From IMG/VR virus record IMGVR_UViG_2703718801_000022: 42,217 nt of DNA; one strand, given 5' to 3'. The first letter of the stretch is position 1. Each line of letters begins with the position of its first letter. The stretch comes from a virus (lineage: Duplodnaviria; Heunggongvirae; Uroviricota; Caudoviricetes). Positions 17,433 to 27,340 of the stretch are shown here, one piece after another. A program made the translations under genes and the position numbers. A model generated the notes under the pieces. It was given only the letters and a program-made list of their open reading frames with translations, did no database searches and was not told the origin of the DNA.

Positions 17433-18007
17433 CAGTAACCTCCTATTTTGAATCGGGAGTCAGAATTCATAAAACCTGAGTTAGATAACATTGGCGTCCC
17501 ACCACTAGATGTACTTCCTTTAGAGAACGGACTCCACGTCCCACCAAACATCTGGTACGCACCGTATGCCTTCAGAGGCGCGGTGAGCAATGTTGTTGCT
17601 GCTCCCACATTCCCCTGTTTACGGGCTGAACTGGCTTCTGCTTTATAGTTAGCAGCCTGAACCTGATAACCGTAAGCCTCGCGTTGCGCGTTATTCACCG
17701 TCGTCAGCGAATCAAGAGCGCCAAACTGGGCAGTGTCGCCAAATATATCCAGCGCGTTACCTGTAGATAAATCAGCGCCGGTAGCCCCCATTGTCGCCGC
17801 CTGTGTACCAAGCCGCTGTCGGGTCTCTCTGCGCCGTTGCTCAGCTTCAGCGTTACCTCTGTTTATTGCATCATTTGCCTGAGCAGTGGCTATATCTGCG
17901 TTCGCTTCTGCAACCTTCGAGGCATACTTTCCCTGTTGGTACTGGGTGTATGCCTGAATGCCACTCATGGCGAGCATTGCGCCACCAGCAATAACCGGAT
18001 CGCACAT
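17432..18007 (-). CDS. Internal virion protein (T7 gp14 position)
   Basis: 191 aa Ala/Gly/Gln-rich; translationally coupled; size and order match T7 gp14. Confidence 0.4.
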   Translation of the reverse strand: MCDPVIAGGAMLAMSGIQAYTQYQQGKYASKVAEANADIATAQANDAINRGNAEAEQRRRETRQRLGTQAATMGATGADLSTGNALDIFGDTAQFGALDSLTTVNNAQREAYGYQVQAANYKAEASSARKQGNVGAATTLLTAPLKAYGAYQMFGGTWSPFSKGSTSSGGTPMLSNSGFMNSDSRFKIGGY

Positions 18008-18471
18008 TATTTTCTCTCCATGTGAAATCTGTGGAAATTAAGACCAAGAGCACCATAAGGCGCGGCTTCTTCAAGCCTGAATCCAAGCCAGTGCAGCCAT
18101 GCTTTGGCAACATGGTTTCGCTCGTCGACGTAGTTTTCCAGGCGCGGATAAACTGCCAGCATCTGCTGCAATACAGGTCGGCAGTGGCGAAGAAATGTCT
18201 TCTGATATTTTTCAATACGGCTGGTTCCTACCAGCCAGGGCGTACCATTGCCACCGATCATTGACGCCGGAGATACACCAAACATGGTTACCAGTTCTCC
18301 GTTCGCGAACCCTGACCAGGCCATAGTCGCAGTGCGAAGACCAACGCGCAGCGCATCTTCGGTAGTCATCAGCGATACCGCATACAGTTCGTCAATATCA
18401 GCCTGACGAACATCCGGCAAAATCATCTGAAGATGCTCTTCGGTAGCGGGAATAATTTGAACATCGATCAT
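18007..18471 (-). CDS. Virion assembly/internal protein (T7 gp13 position)
   Basis: 154 aa; coupled between nozzle-like and gp14-like genes. Confidence 0.35.
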   Translation of the reverse strand: MIDVQIIPATEEHLQMILPDVRQADIDELYAVSLMTTEDALRVGLRTATMAWSGFANGELVTMFGVSPASMIGGNGTPWLVGTSRIEKYQKTFLRHCRPVLQQMLAVYPRLENYVDERNHVAKAWLHWLGFRLEEAAPYGALGLNFHRFHMERK

Positions 18472-20936
18472 CAGAATCCCCCAACAGTAAGGCGAGGAAT
18501 AACGGCAAGAACAGACAGCGGCAACGGGTCAAGCTGACGGATTTTTACACGCCCGTTTTTGCCCCAGTTACTGTCCAGTTTCACTTCTACTTTTCCGGTA
18601 GCATCATCAACAGGATCATCGTAGAACTCGAATTCACGCTGTGGATATTCGTACCATTTACCGCCGGGCGTAGTCGCCCAGATGCCGCGACTGGCATTCA
18701 CAACCAGAGTAACGGACGGGATCACCTGTTTTTTGTCCAGCAGCGTTTCCTGTCCGTTAATGTTGATATCCAGTGTTTCGAATTCAGCAGTTATTGGCAG
18801 GCCGATGTGCACAACAGCCCCCGGTGATTCCAGCGTGACGGCACCTCCGGAAACCACTTTCTGTGGTTCCACGTTCGCATCAGAGAGAATGTTTACGGTC
18901 TGGCCTTCAAGATGAGACAGGCCTCCAAATGTCCGGCGCGCCATCTGCCAGTTCGTGGTAGCCACATTCCTGAGGGATGGCGGGACGTTCCTGTTAGCAC
19001 GAACCACTACAGCGGTATTGCTGGTTACAGAAATGATGTCGCAACGTAATTCTTTTGACACTTCATCGCCAGGATCAGTTCCGGTATAAGGGAACTGTAG
19101 TTGAGCACCGACATCACTACTGGTGAAGTACGCACCACCAGAAACACTGATTGTATATTCCGCGCGGTAATCCCATTCGCCAGAACCACCAGTGATGATC
19201 ATCGTTCTGTCAGACGTATTTCTTCCATCATAGCTAAGGCCAGAATCAACAAAGAAAGCATCTTCATCGCTGGTAAATAAACGGCTGGACAGTCGCTCGA
19301 TGTATCTCACTGTTTGCCCGTTAACGGTTCGGTTAACGACGAAATACACCGCATCTTCATTTCCTTCGCTGATACTGCATGTGCTTTCATATTTTCCGGT
19401 ACTGGATTGTGGTGCCCATGCAAAAACCTGCTGATCACGCAAATAGGTCATCACCAGTAATTTACCGTCATCACGAATGCAGAAGGCGCTGGAGTAAGGG
19501 ACAATAGAGAAGCACCAGTCAACAATGCTGTGCTTCTGAAAAAGATGATTGGCAAGGATGGTCAGGTCGTTCCCCTGATAGCCGTCAACATCGAATGAGT
19601 AGGCCAGATCACGGACAACACTGCCTTTCTCCTGGACGAACAGAGCAATATTCGCCACGGCAATTGGTGGGACATTGCTCGAGCCATTTGATCCCTGAGA
19701 GCTGAATGCAAATGATGATGGGGTTAACACTTTGTTCTGGTCGCCGGTGATGACGTACTCACCTCCGGAAGTCAGTGCCACCAGCGAACCGACATCAATC
19801 AGGTGGCGGATCTCATTAACCTGACGCCCGGCATAGGTGTAGATAATTCTGTCGTCATCCTGCGTAGGATTGCTTTTGCCAAAATCCTTATAATCCCCGG
19901 TACGGCTGGCCCAGATAGTCTGAGGGAACGCAGTCGATGCGGCGAAGTAAAGACGTTGTTGATAATAAACAACAGTGCCAGGATAACCATTAACACTGTT
20001 CCAGGCATATTTAGCCCATTTATAGCTGGCATTATCCTCGCCAACTACCTGCGAAGGGATATAGGAAATCACCTCGGCAGTTGCAGTAGTTCCATTTGCA
20101 GCAGTGATACGGGCAATGCCAAAACCACTGTGCAGATATTCCCACTCAATGCCAGTATCATCATCACCGGATCCGCCCCAGCCATCCCATGATGTGCCTT
20201 CTGTATGCGAAGGGCGCAAAGTACCTGTTTTGCCTGCTGTAACGGCGCGATAGTAGTTACTGTCTGCACGGCGAATATCGCCAACCGACGTACTCTTACT
20301 GGTTTCCCATACCGGCACAGAATCCACTGCAGGCTGTTCCAGATAGAACAATTTGCCTACCTGCTCCGCGCCAAAAATAGAGGCGCTTGCCGTTAACGTA
20401 ATTGTCCCGGTGCTGGCGCTGGCATAAACCGTCACTGACTCGTCAATATTGATATCTTCAAATGGCCCGTTCTTCGTTACCACATCAACCAGTTGCCAGT
20501 TGTCATGCGCATAGCGGCGCAACTCTTTCGGCGGGTATGCCGGGTGAACCAGCGTAAGCACGTCGGCGCTTTGCGTAAATTTAATTCGGAACAGATCGGC
20601 TTCAGTATATGGCGTGGCAATTTCATAAATAACATTGCTGCTGTTCAGCACCAACGCACCATCTTTGATAACGCGCATGTACTGGTGTCCGAACTCCAGA
20701 GCATAGGTCTGAACCGTCGAGAACTGAAACGGGATCAGGCGGCATTTCCGATTTGGGTATTTTGCGGCACCGACAAAACGCGTACCTGGTCGATTCTCAA
20801 CGCCGCCATACTGCCGCACGATGAAGTTATCGCACTTGCGCAATGCCACCTGGTACTTCGCCATGTCGATACGTCCGTACAACGACGGTCCAATCTCACC
20901 ACCGGCAAAGCTGGGCTGGATCCAACTGATAGCCAT
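18471..20936 (-). CDS. Tail tubular protein B / nozzle (T7 gp12-like)
   Basis: 821 aa; N-terminus resembles T7 gp12 start (GG.S..P pattern); follows gp11-like gene. Confidence 0.55.
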   Translation of the reverse strand: MAISWIQPSFAGGEIGPSLYGRIDMAKYQVALRKCDNFIVRQYGGVENRPGTRFVGAAKYPNRKCRLIPFQFSTVQTYALEFGHQYMRVIKDGALVLNSSNVIYEIATPYTEADLFRIKFTQSADVLTLVHPAYPPKELRRYAHDNWQLVDVVTKNGPFEDINIDESVTVYASASTGTITLTASASIFGAEQVGKLFYLEQPAVDSVPVWETSKSTSVGDIRRADSNYYRAVTAGKTGTLRPSHTEGTSWDGWGGSGDDDTGIEWEYLHSGFGIARITAANGTTATAEVISYIPSQVVGEDNASYKWAKYAWNSVNGYPGTVVYYQQRLYFAASTAFPQTIWASRTGDYKDFGKSNPTQDDDRIIYTYAGRQVNEIRHLIDVGSLVALTSGGEYVITGDQNKVLTPSSFAFSSQGSNGSSNVPPIAVANIALFVQEKGSVVRDLAYSFDVDGYQGNDLTILANHLFQKHSIVDWCFSIVPYSSAFCIRDDGKLLVMTYLRDQQVFAWAPQSSTGKYESTCSISEGNEDAVYFVVNRTVNGQTVRYIERLSSRLFTSDEDAFFVDSGLSYDGRNTSDRTMIITGGSGEWDYRAEYTISVSGGAYFTSSDVGAQLQFPYTGTDPGDEVSKELRCDIISVTSNTAVVVRANRNVPPSLRNVATTNWQMARRTFGGLSHLEGQTVNILSDANVEPQKVVSGGAVTLESPGAVVHIGLPITAEFETLDININGQETLLDKKQVIPSVTLVVNASRGIWATTPGGKWYEYPQREFEFYDDPVDDATGKVEVKLDSNWGKNGRVKIRQLDPLPLSVLAVIPRLTVGGF

Positions 20937-21541
20937 CAGGACAACCTCGCAATGGTAAACTCATCAACCGGTGGCTGCGGTTCCTGTGATTCATTCTGGC
21001 TATGCGAGCCAGCACTCAGAATCACGCGATTGTACATATTGAGGGCAAATGTACCGAGGTCTGCATTCCCAGTCAGAGCCATGTTAATGGCTGCCGCAAG
21101 ACGCCAGGCCAGCGCCTCCATAAAAATGGCATCAAACATGTTCACATCTGAAACGCGAGAGACATACTTGAGCCATGCCTGAGGCTGGTCTGTGTAGATC
21201 AATTTCCCTGTTCCGTTGGTGTCTGCACCTACTTCGTACTGAACGCGCATTGCTGCTGTTGGATTGCGTACACCGGGAAGCATAATTTCAGTAATGCGCA
21301 GACAATCGGACGGGTACTGGTATGCGTATTCCCAGTCAGGCGGTGGATTGTTCGTATCTGCAAGCGCCACGCGTTTGGTAGCAAAGTTCCAGTCAAAATC
21401 AGAAAGTACAGCATCACGGCAGGCCTCAAAGTGCAGCGAACATTCCCCAGCTTCCTTGCTGGCTTCCGTCAGGCTATTAATGCTGCGGCTGTTGCCAATA
21501 TTGGACAGCGCACGATTGCAGATCTCTACTACAGAGGCCAT
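20936..21541 (-). CDS. Tail tubular protein A / gatekeeper (T7 gp11-like)
   Basis: 201 aa; size, position and N-terminal pattern similar to T7 gp11. Confidence 0.5.
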   Translation of the reverse strand: MASVVEICNRALSNIGNSRSINSLTEASKEAGECSLHFEACRDAVLSDFDWNFATKRVALADTNNPPPDWEYAYQYPSDCLRITEIMLPGVRNPTAAMRVQYEVGADTNGTGKLIYTDQPQAWLKYVSRVSDVNMFDAIFMEALAWRLAAAINMALTGNADLGTFALNMYNRVILSAGSHSQNESQEPQPPVDEFTIARLS

Positions 21542-21870
21542 TACTCACCCCCATTGCCGTACAGGGTTTCAGCCGCTGATTTTTCTACATCCCCGGAAAC
21601 AGGAGCGATCGCCATATCAGTGATCTGCAGATCGGCGCTGCGATTAACACCATCGTCAGTTTCTCTGGCAGACAGGCCTCGAATAACAGCCTTTGCAGTT
21701 ATCATCACTTCTGTTCCGACGCCCTGAGGTTGCGCCTTCAGCTTATTCAATGTGTCGTTATTAAGAGTGATGCACAGCCCCCACGGGTATTCATCGCGAG
21801 TTCTGGTTTCTCCGCTCTCATCCTGGTAGCTGTCAGTGCCGGTTTTGAGGTTTACGAGTTCCATATACAC
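21541..21870 (-). CDS. Hypothetical virion protein
   Basis: 109 aa ORF coupled within the structural operon. Confidence 0.4.
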   Translation of the reverse strand: MYMELVNLKTGTDSYQDESGETRTRDEYPWGLCITLNNDTLNKLKAQPQGVGTEVMITAKAVIRGLSARETDDGVNRSADLQITDMAIAPVSGDVEKSAAETLYGNGGE

Positions 21871-21914
21871 TCCTGCAATAAAGGGGCCGAAGCCCCTTGT
21901 CTGATTCGCGAGGC

Positions 21915-22259
21915 TTACACGCCCAGTTCTTTACGCTTATCTGCGATCTTCTCGCGGAGCGTTTCGGCTTTGGCGTTATGGTGTGGCTTCTCGTTAAAGA
22001 GCAATTCGTACTCTTCACGGAGCTTATCCAGTTCACCATCATCTGACACATCATTGATGATTTTGGTGCTGGTTGCTGCCATAGACACCTTTCCTGCTAC
22101 CTTTGCTTTTGCCTGTCTGGCTGCATCGTTAACAGGTTCCAGTGCGCTACCAGGCTCACCTTCGTATTCGATTTCTGCCCCCTCCGGCCACAGAGTGTTA
22201 TGGATATGAGAGAGGCGCAGAACGCGGTATCTTGGTTTCTCACCTGACATCGATATCAC
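21915..22259 (-). CDS. Hypothetical virion protein
   Basis: 114 aa charged ORF between decoration-like and tail genes. Confidence 0.4.
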   Translation of the reverse strand: MISMSGEKPRYRVLRLSHIHNTLWPEGAEIEYEGEPGSALEPVNDAARQAKAKVAGKVSMAATSTKIINDVSDDGELDKLREEYELLFNEKPHHNAKAETLREKIADKRKELGV

Positions 22260-22268
22260 CTTAACCAG

Positions 22269-22694
22269 TTACTTTTGAGCGGATCGGGTACGGTGTGCAT
22301 CAACATCAAGACTGATACCCGCAGTGAATTCGCCAGCCGTTAGTGGGCCAGTTGCGACGGAGTAGTTAACACGCAGATATCGCTGAACACCGGCAGGCAC
22401 CTTTGCAGAAACAACTCGTTTACCTGCTGTCAGGGTGGTCTTTGCCAGTGCACCACTATCATAAATAGTGGTCCATGAGCTGTTATCCTCACTCGTCTGC
22501 AACTGGATGTTTACAGTTGCATCACCGCTTGCCGTGGCGGCTGTGTTAACCAGCACCCAAAACTCAAGCGGGTAACCCACACCGATATCGCGACGGTTTC
22601 CGTCAATTGGACCGAGATCGATTACGTCAGTAGAAGCCGCGGTATTCGTAACCGCCTGAGCTTCGGAGAACATCAACAGTTTGTCGGTGATCAT
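22269..22694 (-). CDS. Capsid decoration/stabilisation-like protein
   Basis: 141 aa Thr/Ala/Val-rich beta-type protein directly after major capsid gene. Confidence 0.4.
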   Translation of the reverse strand: MITDKLLMFSEAQAVTNTAASTDVIDLGPIDGNRRDIGVGYPLEFWVLVNTAATASGDATVNIQLQTSEDNSSWTTIYDSGALAKTTLTAGKRVVSAKVPAGVQRYLRVNYSVATGPLTAGEFTAGISLDVDAHRTRSAQK

Positions 22695-22745
22695 CTTCTT
22701 TCTCCATTAGTGGGTCTGTTACGACCCACAGGTTAATAACAGGCG

Positions 22746-23738
22746 TTACACCACGCGGGCTTCTGTTTCCAGAAGCGCATCAGTTTCACGGATTGGTACA
22801 CCACGGAATGACGTCCACCACTCGCCTTCAGTCTCTTTTACGCTAATCGCCAGAGATGTTTTCTCCAGAGATTGCAGATCAAGAGCCTGGCCTACAGTGC
22901 GGTTCATGTAGAACACCGGGCGACCCATGCCACGGTTTGGAATGCGATGCAGTGCTTTAACCATCAACTTCGCAATATTTGCGGCAGAGGAAGGTTCTGA
23001 AAGATTGCTGACATCGATGTTTGCAATGCGAACAACATAACGCCAGTCACGCAGAGCAAGTCCGTTGTCCCATTTGTAATGGGTACGGTAGCCTTCGTAC
23101 TTGCCGCCATTAGCATCTTCCAGTGTCACCTGGCCTTTATCTTCCATCTGGATGCCAGCCTTCTGCCCTTTCGGGAAGATGCCATGCACGGTGTTTTCGC
23201 CCCACACCACTAACCAGATTGAGGTGTTATCTGTACCCGTGCCACCAGCATCAATGATGTTCTGAGCATTACCCGCAGACAGGCTGGAATAGCGGGAGGA
23301 CAGCCCCATAAACTGCTGAGGGTTAACGCTGGAATCACCATAAAACAACGTCTGCGCCATCTGCTGATTCATCGCTTCAATAAATGCGCGGTCTTCAGAC
23401 AGGCGGAATTCGGCGGTATTACCGTTCAGATCAGCCAGTGACTTATCGACTTCAGCATAGGTTTCCAGCATTCCAACGGAATCGGTGACCTGCACTGTGG
23501 TTGATTTGCTTGGCTGTACACCATAGTTCAGCAAACGCCAAGTGGCTGAAGGTAAACCAGAACGAATGGTGGTTCGGTGTCCGGTAGGAAGGTTCCCTTC
23601 GACAAAAGGCATATCCTGAAGGATCGGGTTAGTTTGACCGAGAAGCTCGATAATCTTATCGACTTTCCCGTTTGGATCGACGCGCTTACCCCAGTCAGCC
23701 AGCGTTAGCGCAGTTAAGCCTTTAACAGCCATTGTCAT
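22746..23738 (-). CDS. Major capsid protein
   Basis: 330 aa following scaffold gene; size and position typical of podovirus capsid protein. Confidence 0.75.
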   Translation of the reverse strand: MTMAVKGLTALTLADWGKRVDPNGKVDKIIELLGQTNPILQDMPFVEGNLPTGHRTTIRSGLPSATWRLLNYGVQPSKSTTVQVTDSVGMLETYAEVDKSLADLNGNTAEFRLSEDRAFIEAMNQQMAQTLFYGDSSVNPQQFMGLSSRYSSLSAGNAQNIIDAGGTGTDNTSIWLVVWGENTVHGIFPKGQKAGIQMEDKGQVTLEDANGGKYEGYRTHYKWDNGLALRDWRYVVRIANIDVSNLSEPSSAANIAKLMVKALHRIPNRGMGRPVFYMNRTVGQALDLQSLEKTSLAISVKETEGEWWTSFRGVPIRETDALLETEARVV

Positions 23739-23746
23739 TTCCTCTC

Positions 23747-24448
23747 TTATTTGCCATAGAGCACTTCGGCCGCACTACGCTGGCCTTCATTACCACCGGT
23801 GACCATGCCATCTTCAGACATCGCCTTTCCGATTTTCACGAACGTTTTGACCAGATCAGGGTGATTACCCAGCCCGGTGGTGTTCAGATATTCTTTGAGC
23901 TCAGGTGTCCCGAACTGGTCAAGCGCACGCTGTGCGGCGCTAAGGTTAGAAATCAACTTGTCGCCACCGATTTCTTTGTCAGCTTTTACATCCGCAGCCC
24001 ACTGCTCGGTTGTTTTCTGCCAGGCTTCTGCCTGGCGCTGCTGAACACCTGCCAGAATCTTCGGATAAGCATCAACCAGCTTTTGCGCTTGCTCGTTGGT
24101 CAGGTTAAGTTCTCGCGCCACCGGCTCGAATTCCTGCAACGCTTCTGTATCCAGCTCTACGCCTTCGGCAGCCTGAAACTCGTACTTCTCAGGCGCACCC
24201 TCTGGTTTATTGCCGTCCTTTTTTTCATCCTGCTTATCGTTTTCAGGCTTTTTGTCATCAGCAGGTTTATCGCCATCAGCAACAGGTTGTGGCTTATCAC
24301 CTTCCTGTTGTGATGGATCACCAACTGGAGCAGGGTTATCACCTGCAGGCGCTGACGGTTCTGACGCAGCCGGAGCTGCTCCACCATCGACTGGTTGCTC
24401 ATTGCAAAGACGGCGATACAGCAAACGCTCAAATAAATTCATGATCAC
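23747..24448 (-). CDS. Scaffolding protein
   Basis: 233 aa, acidic Pro/Asp/Lys-rich N-terminus and helical C-terminus; between portal and capsid genes. Confidence 0.6.
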   Translation of the reverse strand: MIMNLFERLLYRRLCNEQPVDGGAAPAASEPSAPAGDNPAPVGDPSQQEGDKPQPVADGDKPADDKKPENDKQDEKKDGNKPEGAPEKYEFQAAEGVELDTEALQEFEPVARELNLTNEQAQKLVDAYPKILAGVQQRQAEAWQKTTEQWAADVKADKEIGGDKLISNLSAAQRALDQFGTPELKEYLNTTGLGNHPDLVKTFVKIGKAMSEDGMVTGGNEGQRSAAEVLYGK

Positions 24449-24741
24449 TCCTGTTCACTGGCCTCTTTGGCCATCTTCAAATACTGTTCAGGGCAATGCG
24501 CCATAACGCGCTGAAACAGTTCCAGCGCCAGATTGCGTTGCCCCTCATTAAATGCCATTGCCATAGCGTCCATCGGTGAGATAGCGGAAAACACACGGCC
24601 TTTCTCCAGCACCGACCAGACAACGCGACGCCCCTGTTCACTGCTCATGACAAAGCGAATGTCATCAATTTCACGCTGCGCCATGTCACGTTGCTTACGG
24701 GCGTTTTCTTCTTTCAGTTGATCGTCTTCGTAATCTGTCAT
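24445..24741 (-). CDS. Hypothetical small acidic protein
   Basis: 98 aa ORF coupled between portal and scaffold. Confidence 0.45.
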   Translation of the reverse strand: MTDYEDDQLKEENARKQRDMAQREIDDIRFVMSSEQGRRVVWSVLEKGRVFSAISPMDAMAMAFNEGQRNLALELFQRVMAHCPEQYLKMAKEASEQE

Positions 24742-26417
24742 TGTGATTGCCCACCCTGACCACTAACTGCATTCGCCATAGCTGACAAAACACTCGGATC
24801 CGAAGTTTTAGCTTCGCTTAGCGTCTTGGCACCCTGTGCCGCAGCCATCCCCATCGCCATCATTTGTTGCTGCTGTTGCTGCTGTGCCCGTTGCTGGCGA
24901 GCCTGCTCAACCTGTTCCTGCGGAACAATGACGGTTGGAGACACTCCAGACATATCAGCGAATGCATCGATCGCCTGATCAACGTTGAGTTTGTCGAGAG
25001 CTTCTGGTTTCGCTTGCGCAAGTTGACCTATGAAGTTGACCGTAGACGCCAGACTGGACAGGCCGATAGACTTCTGCGCCTGAGCCATGACGGAAATGTA
25101 TTCGACCTTCAGGGGCATACCTTCCATCGCGTCAGGCGGTGGCGGCAGCATGTTTTTACGCACCATCATCGAGAAAGCGCGGTCAATGAGAGGATTAAGA
25201 CATTCGTCGTTCAGACGCTCCAGAACCGGCCCCAACATTAGAAGTTTTTCTTCTTTCATTTCGATCACTGCTTCAACAGGCATCGAGCGGGTATTGATGT
25301 TCTGCAACATCATGAACAGATCGACAAAGTAGGCGCTGTTAATGATTTGGCGAGTGTCCTGAATGTCTGCTACCAGATCTGCTGTACTGGGGTTAACCAG
25401 ATAAGCAGGCCTGAAACCATCCTGACCAGTAATCTGATCGATATACGTGATGTCGCCAGGAAGAAGGGATGCGCGCTGATTCTTGAGGGAAGTCGGAGCA
25501 ACCATCGGCGGATTGGTGGCTTTATCAATCAACTGCGACTTACGCTTCTGGAGAAGCTGCAATGCCTTAACAGGTCCAAGCGCCAGCATACCCGGGCATG
25601 ATGATCCATAAACATCTTCGCCGTTAACTTCCCAGCGCGGAGCCATAATTGGAAACTCATCGAATCCGGACTCACGCAACAACTTGTCGTTATCGCCACC
25701 AACCTCGTAATAAACCGATTTGAATGGCTTGTTCTTGCTATCCAGCTTCGATGTATCGCGGTCAATGTTCGGGTAAACCGAATGCATCACTTCAATCCAC
25801 TTCTCGTAGGTGCCGCTTTCCCACATGCTTTTTACGGATTCGCTGACGTTATTTAGCCCGAACTCCTGAACAAGCTGACGAACGGTCATAGAGAACTTGC
25901 GAAAACAGGTGTCCACACTGCCACGAGGTGAGTTAGCCAGGTAGTAACTGCCTATCGGGAATGGCATTGTGCGAATGATGTCCTCGTCATCCTCCAGTAC
26001 CGCCATTGCACCAGTGCTGTATGTGCCGAGGCTTCCGTATAACTGCGGAAGAGACTGGTAGAGATTCGACTTATTGAACATATCGTTCATGCGGTTCTGC
26101 ACCGCCTCAAGCCACAACTTAACAGGGCCATAATCCATCATTTCAGGATCTGGCGTAGCTAGGCGAAACCACGGACGCGCGGGGCTTGTGATGCCTGACA
26201 TCATGCCGCTGGCGAGAGTGCGCGCCGCCATAGTCCCGGTCGAATCAATAATGCGTGTATTGCGTCGATCGTTACGGTTGACATCAGAAGTCAGAAAGCG
26301 GGAACCACGCGGGTTGATGTAATCACTCAACTCGCGCCAGTGCGGCTCGAACGACTGACGCTCGCTTTCAAGTTGTGCGAACTGTTTGTTCAATCGCTCT
26401 TTAGTTGTTTCCGCCAT
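24738..26417 (-). CDS. Portal (head-to-tail connector) protein, T7 gp8-like
   Basis: 559 aa; Gln/Ala/Met-rich C-terminal tail as recalled for T7-type connectors; precedes scaffold and capsid. Confidence 0.75.
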   Translation of the reverse strand: MAETTKERLNKQFAQLESERQSFEPHWRELSDYINPRGSRFLTSDVNRNDRRNTRIIDSTGTMAARTLASGMMSGITSPARPWFRLATPDPEMMDYGPVKLWLEAVQNRMNDMFNKSNLYQSLPQLYGSLGTYSTGAMAVLEDDEDIIRTMPFPIGSYYLANSPRGSVDTCFRKFSMTVRQLVQEFGLNNVSESVKSMWESGTYEKWIEVMHSVYPNIDRDTSKLDSKNKPFKSVYYEVGGDNDKLLRESGFDEFPIMAPRWEVNGEDVYGSSCPGMLALGPVKALQLLQKRKSQLIDKATNPPMVAPTSLKNQRASLLPGDITYIDQITGQDGFRPAYLVNPSTADLVADIQDTRQIINSAYFVDLFMMLQNINTRSMPVEAVIEMKEEKLLMLGPVLERLNDECLNPLIDRAFSMMVRKNMLPPPPDAMEGMPLKVEYISVMAQAQKSIGLSSLASTVNFIGQLAQAKPEALDKLNVDQAIDAFADMSGVSPTVIVPQEQVEQARQQRAQQQQQQQMMAMGMAAAQGAKTLSEAKTSDPSVLSAMANAVSGQGGQSQ

Positions 26418-26431
26418 TTCAATGACTCCGG

Positions 26432-26638
26432 TTACTGACCAAGCAGCGTTTTACCGCTGGTATTAGCGGTTGATGTGTCGCCCTGAGAACCGGTAAGCAG
26501 CGTAGAACTACGACCAGCAGCAGCGCGACGGCGACGTGTTTCTTCGTCGCGGGCATCAACAACGGCGGCATCCTGCTCCTGTGGTGCTGCCTGAACTTCT
26601 GGTGTTGCAGGCACTGATGGTGAGCTACCCATGCACAT
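26432..26638 (-). CDS. Hypothetical small protein upstream of portal
   Basis: 68 aa ORF with GGAG 8 nt upstream; low-complexity. Confidence 0.3.
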   Translation of the reverse strand: MCMGSSPSVPATPEVQAAPQEQDAAVVDARDEETRRRRAAAGRSSTLLTGSQGDTSTANTSGKTLLGQ

Positions 26639-26728
26639 ATCAATGACTCCGTACGCAATTAAATTATTACCAACTTAACCACATATGATTTATTTATCGT
26701 AGATAGTTGACATTTAACGCACGAATTA

Positions 26729-26743
26729 TTACCTTTAAGGTAA
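26729..26743. promoter_or_regulatory. Operator-like palindrome TTACC-TTTAA-GGTAA
   Basis: Perfect member of dispersed family; upstream of portal operon and next to TTGACA at 26707-26712. Confidence 0.45.
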
Positions 26744-26759
26744 TCAAAGAGTTCATTCC

Positions 26760-27060
26760 GGTTATTAACCTGACTGGCTTGTCGTTAAATTGAACAGGTG
26801 GAGTGAGCTTTTATTTTGAGCAGTACGGCGTATGGCACATGCGCCGATAGTGGTCTGGATACGTTTAAGGGGCACCCTCCCTTGCTCGGGCAAACGAACC
26901 AGGTAGCCGGAATGTGCAAGTCGAGCGGTTTTATTCCGCGCACGGGGATTCACCATCCCGGCGATTCGGTGTGACGCCTCGGAAGAGACGAGGGTACAAC
27001 GATGAGAGCATTTATGGAGCCGCGACAAAGTGTGGTGCCTTAACAGGCTAAGTGCTCTCA
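26760..27060 (+). other. GC-rich structured non-coding region upstream of tRNA
   Basis: No convincing ORF; several stable hairpins (GGCGTATGG..CATGCGCC, CGGAAT..ATTCCG, CCTCG..CGAGG). Confidence 0.25.
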
Positions 27061-27065
27061 GCGTT

Positions 27066-27142
27066 GTGGCATTAACTCAGTTGGACAGAGCAACCGCCTT
27101 CTAAGCGGTTTGTCGCAGGTTCGAATCCTGCATGCCACGCCA
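27066..27142 (+). tRNA. tRNA-Arg (anticodon UCU)
   Basis: Cloverleaf by eye: acceptor GTGGCAT/ATGCCAC, anticodon stem ACCGC/GCGGT with loop CTTCTAA, T-arm GCAGG-TTCGAAT-CCTGC, 3' GCCA. Confidence 0.85.
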
Positions 27143-27185
27143 GAATCACGCCTAAGGACCGTGATGCCAGAAGTTCCAGGTGCTT

Positions 27186-27228
27186 GGCGGTGATGGTTTC
27201 CCTTGAAGGACTATCACCGCCCTTTTTA
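27186..27228 (+). terminator. Rho-independent terminator downstream of tRNA
   Basis: Stem GGCGGTGAT...ATCACCGCC followed by CTTTTT. Confidence 0.6.
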
Positions 27229-27340
27229 CAGCAGGACGCCATTGCGATGACTTCATGCTGTAAACCAGTACAGCCACGGAAGGCATAACTCATTGCTTCC
27301 AGTTCGCCCGGTTCGCCGGGCATTTTTTTAAGGCGAGATT

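Noticed and set aside
26765-27028. 87-aa minus-strand ORF between portal region and tRNA
   Set aside because: No RBS, Arg/Ser-rich low-complexity product, and it lies in the hairpin-rich GC-rich leader; treated as non-coding.
26760-27065. Second tRNA or tmRNA-like gene upstream of tRNA-Arg
   Set aside because: No second cloverleaf with a 7-bp acceptor stem and T-loop could be folded by eye, and no tmRNA tag-peptide reading frame is present; left as unexplained structured RNA.
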